From an uncultured cyanobacterium (GTDB taxonomy: Bacteria > Cyanobacteriota > Cyanobacteriia > Cyanobacteriales > Cyanobacteriaceae), in contig CAVQBA010000003.1 of NCBI GenBank assembly GCA_963710605.1, positions 1-50,705 on the forward strand: 50,705 nucleotides of DNA. Direction: 5' to 3'. The notes beneath the pieces were generated by a model. It was not told where the DNA came from and ran no database searches. It was given only the letters and a program-made list of their open reading frames with translations. The translations under genes were made by a program, and so were the position numbers. Each line of letters begins with the position of its first letter. Position 1 is the first letter of the stretch. Of this stretch, positions 9,379 to 19,998 are shown in pieces.

Positions 9379-10218
9379 ATGAGTAGAAACGCAATTATAA
9401 AACCTTTTTTAAAATGGGTAGGAGGAAAAAGACAACTAATATCAGAAATAGAAAAATATCTTCCTCAAAAATACGATAAATATTATGAAGTATTCATTGG
9501 TGGAGGAGCTTTATTATTTAATTTACAACCAAAAAAAGCAGTTATTAACGATCGTAATCAAGAATTAATTAATTGTTATCGAATTGTTAAAGATTATCCA
9601 GAAGAATTAATTGAAGATTTACGAACACATTGCAATGAAAAAGATTATTTTTACCAGTTAAGAGAGTTAGATAGACAGGAAGAAAAATATAAAAACTATT
9701 CTAATATTCAACGAGCTTCACGAATTATTTATTTAAATAAAACTTGTTATAACGGCTTATTTAGAGTGAACTCAAAAGGAGAATTTAACGTTCCTTTTGG
9801 TAGGTACAAAAAACCAAATATTGTTAATGAATCTGTAATTAGAGCAGTGAGTAAATATTTAAATGAAAATGAAATTGAGATTAGAACAGGAGATTTTAGA
9901 AAAGCTTTTGCTACTGTACAAAAAGAAGATTTTATTTATTTAGATCCTCCTTATGATCCTATTTCTAATACAGCTTCTTTTACTAGTTATAATCTTAATG
10001 GTTTCGATCGCAAAGAGCAAGAAAGACTAAAAAAACAAGTTGATTTATTACACAAAAAAGGATGTCAAATTTTAGTAAGTAATTCTTATACTGATTTTAT
10101 CGATCGATTATATGATGATGATTACTATCAAAAAATAAGAGTGAGTGCGAATAGGGCAATTAATTCTCAAGGAAAAAAAAGAGGAAAAGTTGATGAAATA
10201 TTGATCAAAAATTATTAG
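9379..10218 (+). CDS. dam: DNA adenine methyltransferase, Dam/DpnM (D12) family
   Basis: KPFLKWVGGK, FIGGG SAM motif, YNGLFRVN, catalytic DPPY. Confidence 0.88.
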   Translation: MSRNAIIKPFLKWVGGKRQLISEIEKYLPQKYDKYYEVFIGGGALLFNLQPKKAVINDRNQELINCYRIVKDYPEELIEDLRTHCNEKDYFYQLRELDRQEEKYKNYSNIQRASRIIYLNKTCYNGLFRVNSKGEFNVPFGRYKKPNIVNESVIRAVSKYLNENEIEIRTGDFRKAFATVQKEDFIYLDPPYDPISNTASFTSYNLNGFDRKEQERLKKQVDLLHKKGCQILVSNSYTDFIDRLYDDDYYQKIRVSANRAINSQGKKRGKVDEILIKNY

Positions 10219-10344
10219 ACGTTAGGGTACATATTCAATGTAGGGATGTAAGGGAAAGCACCCTCGAATAGATAAAAATACGCTCATGGTTTATTTTGAT
10301 AAAATAGCATCACAAACAGATCAATTTTTGATGACGGCGAGACA

Positions 10345-12843
10345 ATGAGTAGTAAAATTCACCACAGCTTCGATTGGCAGAGAATAGAAAAAGCCTTAGC
10401 AGTAGAAATTGAATATGGTTATCAAAACTTAAAGGGGAAACAATATCGTTTCAGTGAATTTCTTTGTTTAACTTTTGGCAACAAACCTCCCGTTACAAAT
10501 GTCGGCGTTGCTTTTCAGTGGCAACACACCGCTAAAGAATTTGCCCTTTATCCACAACTAAATAATAATCAGCGAAAAGCATTACTAAATCAAACCCAAG
10601 AGTTACTCATTCAAGTCAAAAAACTGGCTGAAGAAACACCGATTAAAGTAAAAGAGTTAACGCCTGTCACGACTTCATTTGTTGGTAAAACACCAGCGAC
10701 TAATTCTGTTGCTAAAACTACAACCAAAACTGTTTCTAATTTAACTTTAAACGATCGTGTTACTCAGCTAAAATCGATCGCTTTACGTAAACAAGACTTA
10801 TTACTCAAACTAGGGATAAAAACTATCCAAGACTTACTTTTTTATTATCCACGAGATCACATCGATTATGCTCGTCAAGTTAATATCAAAGACTTAAACC
10901 CAGGGGAAACAGTTACTATCATCGGTAAAGTCCAAAAAATTAGTTGTTTTAGTAGCCCCAAAAACAAAAAACTAACTATTCTTAGTTTAACAATTCAAGA
11001 CGGCACAGGCGAAGTCAAACTGAGTCGTTTTTATGCGGGTGGTTATTATGGTAACCGTGGTTGGCAAGAAAAAACTAAACGAATGTATCCTCGTTATGCT
11101 TTGATTGCAGTTTCGGGTTTAGTCAAACAAAACAAATATGGTGTCACTTTAGATAATCCTGAATTTGAAGTTTTGGATAGCCAAGGCGGAAGTATCAACT
11201 CGATTAAAATTGGTCGTCTTTTACCTGTTTATCCCCTCACTGATGGTATTCCTGCTGATGTTATTCGTAAAGCTGTATCTGAGGCTATGGTGACAATTAA
11301 GCAAATAAAAGATCCATTACCGACTATACTTAAGCAACAATACAGTTTAATTGATTTACCAACTGCGATCGCTCAAATTCATTATCCTGAACAACAAATA
11401 CAATTAATCGAAGCCAGACGCAGATTAATTTTTGATGAGTTTTTCTACTTACAACTAGGATTTTTAGAAAGAAAACAACAAGAAAAAGCCAATCGTGTCG
11501 CCGTTTCTTTTGCACCTCAAGGAGAATTAGTCGAACAATTTCAAACAATCTTACCCTTCAAATTAACCAATGCCCAAGAAAGAGTAATTCAAGAAATTCA
11601 AGAAGATTTACAATCATCTTCGGCGATGAATCGCTTAGTGCAAGGGGATGTAGGCTCAGGAAAAACGATCGTAGCTGTCTTTGCTATTCTTGCCGCTATT
11701 CAATCAGGTTATCAAGCCGCCCTGATGGCACCGACTGAAGTTTTAGCCGAACAACATTATCGTAAAATAGTCGAATGGTTTAATCAGCTTTATCTACCTG
11801 TCGAATTGCTCACAGGCTCAACCAAAACCGCTAAACGGAGAGAGATTCATGCACAGCTACAAAGTGGCGAATTACCTTTATTAATCGGCACTCACGCCCT
11901 AATTCAAGATCCCGTCCAGTTCCGTAAATTAGGTTTAGTCGTAATTGATGAACAACACCGTTTTGGGGTACAACAACGAGGAAGATTACTCGCAAAAGGA
12001 GAAGCACCCCATGTATTAAGTATGACTGCCACACCAATACCGAGAACTCTTGCTTTGACACTTCATGGCGATTTAGATGTAAGTTTGATTGATGAGTTAC
12101 CCCCCGGTAGGCAAGAGATTCAAACGATCGTTAAAAAAGGGAAAGAGCGTCCTCAGGTTTATGAATTAATTAAACGTGAAGTAGCCAAAGGCAGACAAGC
12201 TTATATCATTTTTCCTTTAGTAGAAGAATCAGAAAAACTAGATGCGAAAGCCGCCGTAGAAGAGCATCAAAGGTTCAAAGAAAAAATCTTTCCTAATTTT
12301 AATGTCGGTTTGTTGCACGGGCGAATGTCATCGGAAGACAAAGATAAAGCTTTAAGTGCTTTTCGTAAAAATGAGACTCAAATTATTGTTTCGACTACAG
12401 TAATTGAAGTTGGGGTTGATGTGCCTAATGCGACGGTAATGTTAATTGAAAATGCCGAACGTTTTGGTTTATCTCAGTTACACCAGCTCAGAGGAAGAGT
12501 CGGGCGTGGTAGCCATAAGTCTTTTTGTATTTTGATTACCGCTAGTAAAAATCCTGATGGAGTTCAACGTTTACAAGTGTTAGAGCAATCTACAGATGGC
12601 TTTTTTATTGCTGAGATGGATTTGAATTTAAGGGGGCCAGGTGAAGTTTTAGGCTCTCGTCAGTCGGGTTTACCTGATTTTGCTTTAGCTAGTCTAGTTG
12701 AAGATCAAGATGTGCTAGTCTTAGCCAGAGAGGCGGCAGAAAAGATTTTGTTACAAGCTGAGTATATGGAAGAGGGGACAAAATTGAAGCATGAATTAGC
12801 CCGACGTTATCAAAAATTGATCGGTAGTCAGGTTTTAATGTAA
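10345..12843 (+). CDS. recG: ATP-dependent DNA helicase RecG
   Basis: QGDVGSGKT, DEQHRFG, TATPIPRT, QLRGRVGRG, DLNLRGPGE; cyanobacterial N-terminal extension. Confidence 0.97.
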   Translation: MSSKIHHSFDWQRIEKALAVEIEYGYQNLKGKQYRFSEFLCLTFGNKPPVTNVGVAFQWQHTAKEFALYPQLNNNQRKALLNQTQELLIQVKKLAEETPIKVKELTPVTTSFVGKTPATNSVAKTTTKTVSNLTLNDRVTQLKSIALRKQDLLLKLGIKTIQDLLFYYPRDHIDYARQVNIKDLNPGETVTIIGKVQKISCFSSPKNKKLTILSLTIQDGTGEVKLSRFYAGGYYGNRGWQEKTKRMYPRYALIAVSGLVKQNKYGVTLDNPEFEVLDSQGGSINSIKIGRLLPVYPLTDGIPADVIRKAVSEAMVTIKQIKDPLPTILKQQYSLIDLPTAIAQIHYPEQQIQLIEARRRLIFDEFFYLQLGFLERKQQEKANRVAVSFAPQGELVEQFQTILPFKLTNAQERVIQEIQEDLQSSSAMNRLVQGDVGSGKTIVAVFAILAAIQSGYQAALMAPTEVLAEQHYRKIVEWFNQLYLPVELLTGSTKTAKRREIHAQLQSGELPLLIGTHALIQDPVQFRKLGLVVIDEQHRFGVQQRGRLLAKGEAPHVLSMTATPIPRTLALTLHGDLDVSLIDELPPGRQEIQTIVKKGKERPQVYELIKREVAKGRQAYIIFPLVEESEKLDAKAAVEEHQRFKEKIFPNFNVGLLHGRMSSEDKDKALSAFRKNETQIIVSTTVIEVGVDVPNATVMLIENAERFGLSQLHQLRGRVGRGSHKSFCILITASKNPDGVQRLQVLEQSTDGFFIAEMDLNLRGPGEVLGSRQSGLPDFALASLVEDQDVLVLAREAAEKILLQAEYMEEGTKLKHELARRYQKLIGSQVLM

Positions 12844-13004
12844 ATCATTTTTTTGGTAAAGACAAAGCACGCCTTTTCTCCATACTTTATTAATTACTTG
12901 AGTAGTTAAAAAACTATTTATTGTCAAAGAAATAAGAGAATGAAAAAAATAAAAATAGATCTTCATTTACAATATTAAGATATCTTATTTTTATCTTTAT
13001 TTTC

Positions 13005-13871
13005 ATGAAAACACTCGAATATAGGGAAAATGTTTTACCTGATTTTTTAATTATTGGCGCCATGAAATGTGGTACAACCAGTTTACATTACTATCTAAAT
13101 TGTCACCCCGAAATTTCGATGTCAACAGAAAAAGAATTAGATTTTTTTATTGAAAACCGTTGGCGTAAAAAAGGAGTAGATTGGTATAAATCTCAGTTTA
13201 AAGGTACAGCAAGAATTTATGGTGAGGCTTCCCCTAACTACAGCAATTATCCCAAGTGGAAAGGTATCCCCCAAAGAATTTACTCTCTTAAACCGAAGAT
13301 GAAATTAATTTATGTTTTGAGAGATCCGATCGAAAGAATGATTTCTCATTATATCCATAACTATGACCATGGAAGAGAAAATTTATCTTTTCCCGAAGCA
13401 ATAATAAATCATCAGGATTATGTTTCTCGTAGTAGTTATTATCTACAAATAGCACAGTTTTTAGAATATTTTTCTTCAGAGAATATCTTAATTATAACTA
13501 CAGAAGAATTATCTAATTTTCCGCAAAAAACATTAGAATCTGTTTTGTCTTTTTTAAATGTTTCTGAAGATACTAGTATGATTCCATATCAGAAAACTCT
13601 TCATACTTCTGTCTATAAAAGAAGAAAAAATAAACTTGGCAATGCGATCGCTAAAACACAACTAATGAAACAAATTTCTTCGTTACCGCCATTTTTCCGA
13701 GAAAATATTAAAAAACTGATTTATTATCCTTTTTCTTCTAAAATTACAAAACCGAAGATAAGTGATGACTTACACCAAAAATTAACTGAATTACTCCAAG
13801 ATGATATCAAGAAATTAATCAAACATACAGGCAAAAATTTTGAACAATGGTCAATTAAAATTGAAAATTAA
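13005..13871 (+). CDS. Sulfotransferase family protein
   Basis: PDFLIIGAMKCGTTSL (5'-PSB loop), GEASPNY, RDPIERMIS (3'-PB motif). Confidence 0.9.
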   Translation: MKTLEYRENVLPDFLIIGAMKCGTTSLHYYLNCHPEISMSTEKELDFFIENRWRKKGVDWYKSQFKGTARIYGEASPNYSNYPKWKGIPQRIYSLKPKMKLIYVLRDPIERMISHYIHNYDHGRENLSFPEAIINHQDYVSRSSYYLQIAQFLEYFSSENILIITTEELSNFPQKTLESVLSFLNVSEDTSMIPYQKTLHTSVYKRRKNKLGNAIAKTQLMKQISSLPPFFRENIKKLIYYPFSSKITKPKISDDLHQKLTELLQDDIKKLIKHTGKNFEQWSIKIEN

Positions 13872-14059
13872 TTTTACGGCAAAAAATACGCCTCAAGTTA
13901 GATTTATCAGTATATTTAAAAGATATAATTAAAAACACAATCCTATTTTTGCTTTTGATACTTTAAAGAAAAAACTGATCAAGTGAGTTTTCTTTTTTTT
14001 TGGACAATCAATATTTATTGTTTGTTATTTAGTTATTATCTATACAAGTATAATTTTTA

Positions 14060-14926
14060 ATGATGCTTAAGTTTTCTATTATCATCCCCACATATAACCG
14101 TCCTGATAAATTAAATATTTGTCTTAATTCAATTGCTCAATTGAATTATCCTGTTGATCAATTTGAAGTTGTAGTAGTTGATGATGGTAGTATTGAACCA
14201 TTAGAGGTAATTACTGACAAATTCAAACAACAACTAAATCTGATCTATTTTAAACAAGAAAATACAGGCCCCGCTGGTGCTAGAAACAAAGGCGTTGAAA
14301 TTGCGAGTAATCAATATCTTATTTTCACTGATGATGATTGCGAAATGGACAAAGACTTTTTACAAGCAATTGCCAATATTTTTCAAAAATATCCAGAAGC
14401 AATTTTAGGCGGACATACTATTAATAGCTTAAAAGATAATATATATTCTCAAACTAGCCAAGATCTAATTAATTATTTATATCAATATTATAATAGTAAT
14501 TATCAAAAATCCCAGTTTTTTACCTCTAATAATTTAGCTCTTCCCACTGATATTTTTAAACAAATAAAAGGTTTTGATACTACTTTTCCTTTAGCGGCGG
14601 CAGAGGATAGAGATTTTTGCGATCGTCTTTTTGCTTTAGATTATCCGATGATTTATGTACCAGAAGCGATAATTTATCATCAGCATTTTCTCACTTTTAA
14701 AAAGTTTTGGCGACAACATTTTAATTACGGCAAAGGTGCTAAACATTTTCATCAAATTAAAGCCCAAAGAAAATCAAAAAAAATTAAAGTAGAATCGATC
14801 GATTTTTATTATCAATTATTAACTTATCCTTGGAAATCAAACTCAGAGTTAAAGAATAAAGTCCAAGGAATGTATTTGATATTTGTATCTCAAGTAGCTA
14901 ATACCGCTGGTTTTTTTACAGGCTAG
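14060..14926 (+). CDS. Glycosyltransferase family 2
   Basis: SIIIPTYNR, VVDDGS, GPAGARN, FTDDD, AAEDRD. Confidence 0.92.
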   Translation: MMLKFSIIIPTYNRPDKLNICLNSIAQLNYPVDQFEVVVVDDGSIEPLEVITDKFKQQLNLIYFKQENTGPAGARNKGVEIASNQYLIFTDDDCEMDKDFLQAIANIFQKYPEAILGGHTINSLKDNIYSQTSQDLINYLYQYYNSNYQKSQFFTSNNLALPTDIFKQIKGFDTTFPLAAAEDRDFCDRLFALDYPMIYVPEAIIYHQHFLTFKKFWRQHFNYGKGAKHFHQIKAQRKSKKIKVESIDFYYQLLTYPWKSNSELKNKVQGMYLIFVSQVANTAGFFTG

Positions 14927-14931
14927 GTTTA

Positions 14932-15105
14932 AGAATTGAGAATTGAGATGAATCCCTTATCGAAGCACGTCTTCGGTGAGAATTGAGAATGAAAGAGTCA
15001 GGTGTTAAGTTTTAGGTAGGAAAATAATTGACAATTAAGAATTAAGAATGCCTTTTGCCTCTTGGCTGTTTTAACTCTTAACTCTTAACTCTTAACTCTT
15101 AACTG
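14932..15105. repeat. STRR-type heptamer repeats (GAATTGA; TTAACTC x4-5)
   Basis: Tandem 7-mers between convergent genes. Confidence 0.75.
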
Positions 15106-16857
15106 TTAATAGTGGTTTCCTGATTTGCGATGATGTACGGCAGTTAAACCACCATCATCTGTAAGGAGTTGACCTTGTTTTGCGGTGGCATATAATACCC
15201 AATGATCTCCACATTCTAAACGATTTTTGATTTGACATTCGATATAAGCTAAAGAATCACTCAAAATAGGACAATCATTTTCGGTAGTATCATAATTGAT
15301 ATTTTCAAAACGATCTTCTCCGGGGGCAAAAGGTTTGAGAAAATGTTTCATCAAATCAATATGTTTTCCGTCTTCGAGAATATTAAGAACAAATTGACTA
15401 TCGATCGGTAGTAGTGATTCGATCGCTCTTTCTTTAGCGACGGCAATAGTCAAACCAGGTGGATTAAATGTCGCTTGAGATACCCAAGAAGCAACCATTG
15501 CTCCTTTCAAATCATGATTAAGGGTTGTGACTACACACAACGAACCAACTAAACGTCCTAATGCTTGTTCTGTACGATCGGTTTGGGTATTACTTTTCGC
15601 TGATTGTTTTCCTTTTAGTGCTTTCTGGCGTTTTTTCAGAGCTTGAGAAAAATCTGTACCTGCCTCTTCACAAGTCTTTAATACTTCTTCTGTGGGTTTA
15701 AATTTAACTCTAATCGGGTCAAAGCCAAAACGATAACCACCATCTTTGAATTTGGATTCAAGTAAATCGATCGCCTCGCCACTCCAACCATAAGAGCCAA
15801 AAACACCAACTACTTTATTTTTCTCGGCATGGGCTAAAGTGATACCTAATGCTGTTTGAATTTGTGTGGGGGCGTGTCCTCCTAATGTAGGTGAACCAAA
15901 GACAATTCCATCACAATTTTCGATCGCTGTTTTAATTTCATCATTAGTGGCGTATTCAGCGTTAATTGATTCTACTCTCACCCCTGCTTTATTAATTCCA
16001 CGAGCTATGGCTGTGGCTAAGGTTGCGGTGTTACCATAAGCCGAGGCGTAGATTAAAGCCGTACTAAGGGTTTGTTGTTGTTGTTTTTCTAACAATTCGA
16101 CGTATAAAGCGGTTAATTCATACAATCCATAACGAACTAACGGGCCATGAGCGGTAGCATAAATCTGAGCTTGTTTGGGGGTTAATTTATCCAGTGCTTT
16201 ACTAATTTGACTGGCATAAGGAGCGATAACACAGTCAAAATAATAACGTCTATCTTCTTGATAAATTTGCCAACCTTCATCTAAAATTTGGTCTCCACAA
16301 ATATGAGCCGAAAATAATTTATCTGTGTAAAGAACACTTGTTTGGGGGTCGAAAGTCAATAATTGATCAGGATAACGAGGGTTAGGTGTTGTCATAAATT
16401 CTAATTTATGCCCTTTACCCAAATCCAATTGATAATCATTTTTGACCGCAGTAATTTTTAAAGGATTATTAGCTATGGTATCAGCGTAATCTTCATTAAA
16501 AATACTTTGTAGTGATTTTGCACCTGTGTTAGAAACAATAAATTTAACTTGTGGTGCCAAATTAATTAGTTTGTTAAGGGTGAATGCCCGATTAGGATTA
16601 ATATGACCTAATATAATGTAATCAATACTTTTAAGGGATATTCTTTCTTGTAAAGCAGAGATAAAAATATCAGTAAAAGACTCCCCTGGAGGATCGATTA
16701 AAGCAATTTTGTCTCCTTCAATTAAAAATGAATTTGCGGTCGTACCACGACTCAAACCGTATTCTATTTCAAATTTTAATCGATCCCATGTTCTGGAACG
16801 AAAAACTCTGGTATCTAAACTAATACTAGCAACTTGAACATCTCTGGCTTTATTCAT
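15106..16857 (-). CDS. Class C flavodiiron protein, Flv1/Flv2-type (non-canonical iron ligands)
   Basis: Metallo-beta-lactamase, flavodoxin (SAYGNT, GSPTLGG) and flavin reductase (GDHW, AVHHRKSG) domains. GHINPNR replaces canonical HxExDH. ATG 16857 (MNKARDVQV) is the preferred start. Confidence 0.9.
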   Translation of the reverse strand: MNKARDVQVASISLDTRVFRSRTWDRLKFEIEYGLSRGTTANSFLIEGDKIALIDPPGESFTDIFISALQERISLKSIDYIILGHINPNRAFTLNKLINLAPQVKFIVSNTGAKSLQSIFNEDYADTIANNPLKITAVKNDYQLDLGKGHKLEFMTTPNPRYPDQLLTFDPQTSVLYTDKLFSAHICGDQILDEGWQIYQEDRRYYFDCVIAPYASQISKALDKLTPKQAQIYATAHGPLVRYGLYELTALYVELLEKQQQQTLSTALIYASAYGNTATLATAIARGINKAGVRVESINAEYATNDEIKTAIENCDGIVFGSPTLGGHAPTQIQTALGITLAHAEKNKVVGVFGSYGWSGEAIDLLESKFKDGGYRFGFDPIRVKFKPTEEVLKTCEEAGTDFSQALKKRQKALKGKQSAKSNTQTDRTEQALGRLVGSLCVVTTLNHDLKGAMVASWVSQATFNPPGLTIAVAKERAIESLLPIDSQFVLNILEDGKHIDLMKHFLKPFAPGEDRFENINYDTTENDCPILSDSLAYIECQIKNRLECGDHWVLYATAKQGQLLTDDGGLTAVHHRKSGNHY

Positions 16858-17274
16858 CGAACTTGACCACTTAAATTTTGTTATCCTTTTATATACGTTA
16901 TCAAATTTTTGCCCGAGATCTCTTTTGTAAAATTCAGTTATTAATTTTTGTTCTGGTCTAAAGTCAAAGTTATTAATTAAGTTATGATTCAATTATCATC
17001 AGTCGATCGTTAATTAATTATTCTATTTGTATTGAAGAGGGAAAATTTATATTTAAAAGCAAAAGCAATTTGGTTGCTTCTACGGCTAGTCAAAATAATC
17101 CCTTTCAAACAAAAACAAAAATATTTGACACAATCACACTCGGCTAACATTGGTTATCCTCCTCTATCAAATAAGGATAAGAGACGGTAACAAACCTCTT
17201 AATTTATCTAAATGGTTGCTTTAATACTTTAGTTTTAAATAGAGTATGATCGTTGATTTTGAAGCATAAATTAA

Positions 17275-18747
17275 TTATAAAGCCATTAATTCATTCAAAG
17301 TATCATTTACTTGATCAGTTGTGGCAATTGTCTCGCCAATATCATCCAACCAATTACGACCAAAAATCTCGGCATTACTACCGTTATATGTAGTAATTCC
17401 TAAATCAGTAATTCCTTGAGAAAACAAATCAGCACTAGCAATTTTGTTTTTTAAGGTTTCAATATCATCTTTTTGAGCGCCTAACGCTATTTCTAAAGCG
17501 AAAGAAGCGAGACTCACATTGTTATTCGTTATTTGCTCTGTCCAAAAATTTAAACCGGCTGTTTCGGCACTACGATTAAAGGCAAAATCATAAACTTGAT
17601 TTACTTTTTCTCGGATACTGAGATTACCAAAGATACGATCAGCTTCTTCAGAAGTACCAAAGTCATCAACAAATCTGTCATAATCCCTTTGTTGTCTATT
17701 TGTTAGTATATCTCCTCCACGAGGGCTATAACTAATATTGTTGGTATCTAAAAAATCATTCCAAAAGTTTAAGCCACCGGGATCAGCTGGTCTGCCATAA
17801 TAAGCTACATAAGCAATTTGAGCTGTGCCTGCTTCTAAAGTAAAAAAATCTGGAGGATTCTCAACCAAAACATTTAGTACTGTAGAACTAGATTCTCCTA
17901 ATAAATTGGTTGCTTCAATTGTTATTTGAGCTTCACCTCTAATACCTGGTTGATAATCAAGAATAATTTGGTCATTTGCTTGATTGAGTGATGCGTTAAC
18001 TAAATCGGGGTTAGTATTATTTTCGATCGTAAAAGTTAGCTCTGGGGCTTGACTAATGGTAACATCTCGTAAACGAATATAATCATTATCACTATTAATA
18101 ACTGAATCATCACTATCAATAACTGAATTATCACTATCAATATTTAAAGGAATACTCCCAAATGCAGGATTGATAGTTAAAGCATCAAAAACATCAACAG
18201 AAGCAATATCTTTAATTGCATCTAAATCAGTTTGAGACAAAACTTTACCAAAGACAGTAAATCCACCATTTTGGTTATCTAAGTTATCTGAATTATCACT
18301 TAAATTAAAAAACCATTGACTTGTCGCACTATCGGGCAAATTTTCTAATTTAGCCATTGCAATTGTGCCTTCGGTGTTAGAACGATTAGAGTCAAATTCG
18401 TTCGCTACAGGCGCTGTTGTCGTTACTGTATCGACTGCTAAGTCTTCTACAGTAAAACCACCTCCTTGTACCACAAAATTAGATATCGATCGATGAATAA
18501 TTGAATTATCATAGTCACCACCGTTTACATAACTCTCAAAATTATCAACTGTCTGTGGTGCACCATCTCCATTTTGATCAAATAACAAAATATTAATGTC
18601 TTGAGCAAAAGAATCTTCATAAAAATCAAAAGTTGCAATTTTCCCTGTAGTCAGAGAATCATCAAAAATACTAAAAGGATTGATAATAGTATTGTCACTG
18701 TTGACGTTAACAATAATTCTGTCTGGATTATCGATGTTTATAGCCAT
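17275..18747 (-). CDS. Cyclophilin-type peptidyl-prolyl isomerase fused to a DUF4214/RsaA-N-like surface domain
   Basis: IHRSISNFVVQGGG, GTIAMAK, ATSQWFFNL, GFTVFGKV; C-terminal YVAYYGRPADPGGLNFW and YDFAFNRSAETAGLNFW repeats; 21-bp internal repeat at 18086-18142. Confidence 0.8.
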   Translation of the reverse strand: MAINIDNPDRIIVNVNSDNTIINPFSIFDDSLTTGKIATFDFYEDSFAQDINILLFDQNGDGAPQTVDNFESYVNGGDYDNSIIHRSISNFVVQGGGFTVEDLAVDTVTTTAPVANEFDSNRSNTEGTIAMAKLENLPDSATSQWFFNLSDNSDNLDNQNGGFTVFGKVLSQTDLDAIKDIASVDVFDALTINPAFGSIPLNIDSDNSVIDSDDSVINSDNDYIRLRDVTISQAPELTFTIENNTNPDLVNASLNQANDQIILDYQPGIRGEAQITIEATNLLGESSSTVLNVLVENPPDFFTLEAGTAQIAYVAYYGRPADPGGLNFWNDFLDTNNISYSPRGGDILTNRQQRDYDRFVDDFGTSEEADRIFGNLSIREKVNQVYDFAFNRSAETAGLNFWTEQITNNNVSLASFALEIALGAQKDDIETLKNKIASADLFSQGITDLGITTYNGSNAEIFGRNWLDDIGETIATTDQVNDTLNELMAL

Positions 18748-18886
18748 ATTGAATAATTAATAATTAGTAGTAAATAACTAAGCCCGTAACTAACTTAATT
18801 ATCTTAAAATAGTCTAAATATTTAAGAGTTTTGATTAACGTACTCAAATTACGATTTAATTTCAATTATTCTAACTCAATTATGAT

Positions 18887-19998
18887 TTAATTGATCATCT
18901 CAGCACTAGTAGGAGATGATGCCATTTTTTCTAATCTTTCTTGTTGGTCTTGAGTAATACAGGCTTGAACTACACTTTCGATTTTACCTTCTAGAATACT
19001 ACTTAGGTCAAAGTTTTTGTTTAAACGATGATCTGTGGCTCGATTATCTTTGTAGTTATAAGTCCGAATTTTTTCTGAGCGTGATCCTGTACCTACTTGC
19101 GATCGTCTCATGGAAGTGACAGCTTCTTGTTGTTCACTTAATTTAATTTCAAAGAGTTTAGCTCGTAAAATTTGCATCGCTCTTTCTCTATTTTTTAGTT
19201 GCGATCGTTCTTCGGTACAAAAAACTCTAATTCCTGTGGCTGATGAATCAAATCAACTGCGGTTTCTACTTTATTGACGTTTTGCCCACCTGCACCACCA
19301 GAACGAGCAGTAGTCATATCAATATCTTTAGGATCAATTTTGACTTCCACATCATCAACTTCAGGCATAATTGCGACTGTTGCAGTAGAAGTATGAACTC
19401 TACCTCCTGCTTCAGTTACTGGTACTCTTTGTACACGGTGTACACCTGCTTCAAATTTTAGTTGACTATAAACACGATCGCCTGTAATTTCTAAGACAGC
19501 TTCTTTAAACCCACCCATTTCTGCCAAGGATTCACTTAATAATTTGACCTTCCAATTAAGTGTTTCTGCATAACGAGAATACATTCTCACTAAATCACCA
19601 GCCCAAATACTAGCTTCATCGCCTCCTGTACCGGCTCTAATCTCTAACATAATATTTTTATCATCGTTAGGATCACTTGGTAGTAATAAGACTTTAAGTT
19701 TATCTTCTAATTCTTCTAATGTGTTTTCTAATTCTTCTACTTCCATTCCTGCTAATTCCTTCATTTCAGGATCGGCATTAGATTCTTTATAAATTTCTCT
19801 AGCACCTTCAATTTCAGCTTGAGTTTTTTGCCATTCTTGATATGTAATGACAGTTTCTTCTAAAGAAGAACGCATTTTGGCTACTTTTTGTAGTTCATCG
19901 GGATTAGTCGCAATATCTGGATTGGCTAATCTTCTGGTTAATTCGTTAAATGTCTCTTCTACTGATGCTAATTTTTCTAATAGATATGATTCAGCCAT
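18887..19998 (-). CDS. prfA: Peptide chain release factor 1, apparent 1-nt frameshift near 19238
   Basis: [10 protein letters not shown]1-specific PVT, GGQ and IRTYNY motifs. The two ORFs join as [25 protein letters not shown] if one base is restored at 19237-19239. Confidence 0.93.

Noticed and set aside
14994-15010. Possible displaced recG tail (AGTCAGGTGTTAA versus AGTCAGGTTTTAA)
   Set aside because: Only 12/13 nt, embedded in heptamer-like repeats, and the similarity does not extend.
17022-17165. Minus-strand AGGAGG followed by a 42-codon Cys-rich ORF (MLAECDCVKYFCFC...) upstream of the flavodiiron gene
   Set aside because: No recognisable family, and the region may be an IS-end remnant; it cannot be supported from sequence alone.
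5445-19998. Amber (UAG) recoding suggested by the broken RF1 plus the in-frame TAG at 5445
   Set aside because: Many intact genes end at TAG where their families are expected to end (S9 peptidase, dinJ, Uma2, dam, GT2, yqeY-like, MFS), and no conserved gene has an internal TAG. A parallel indel in leuB points to assembly error.
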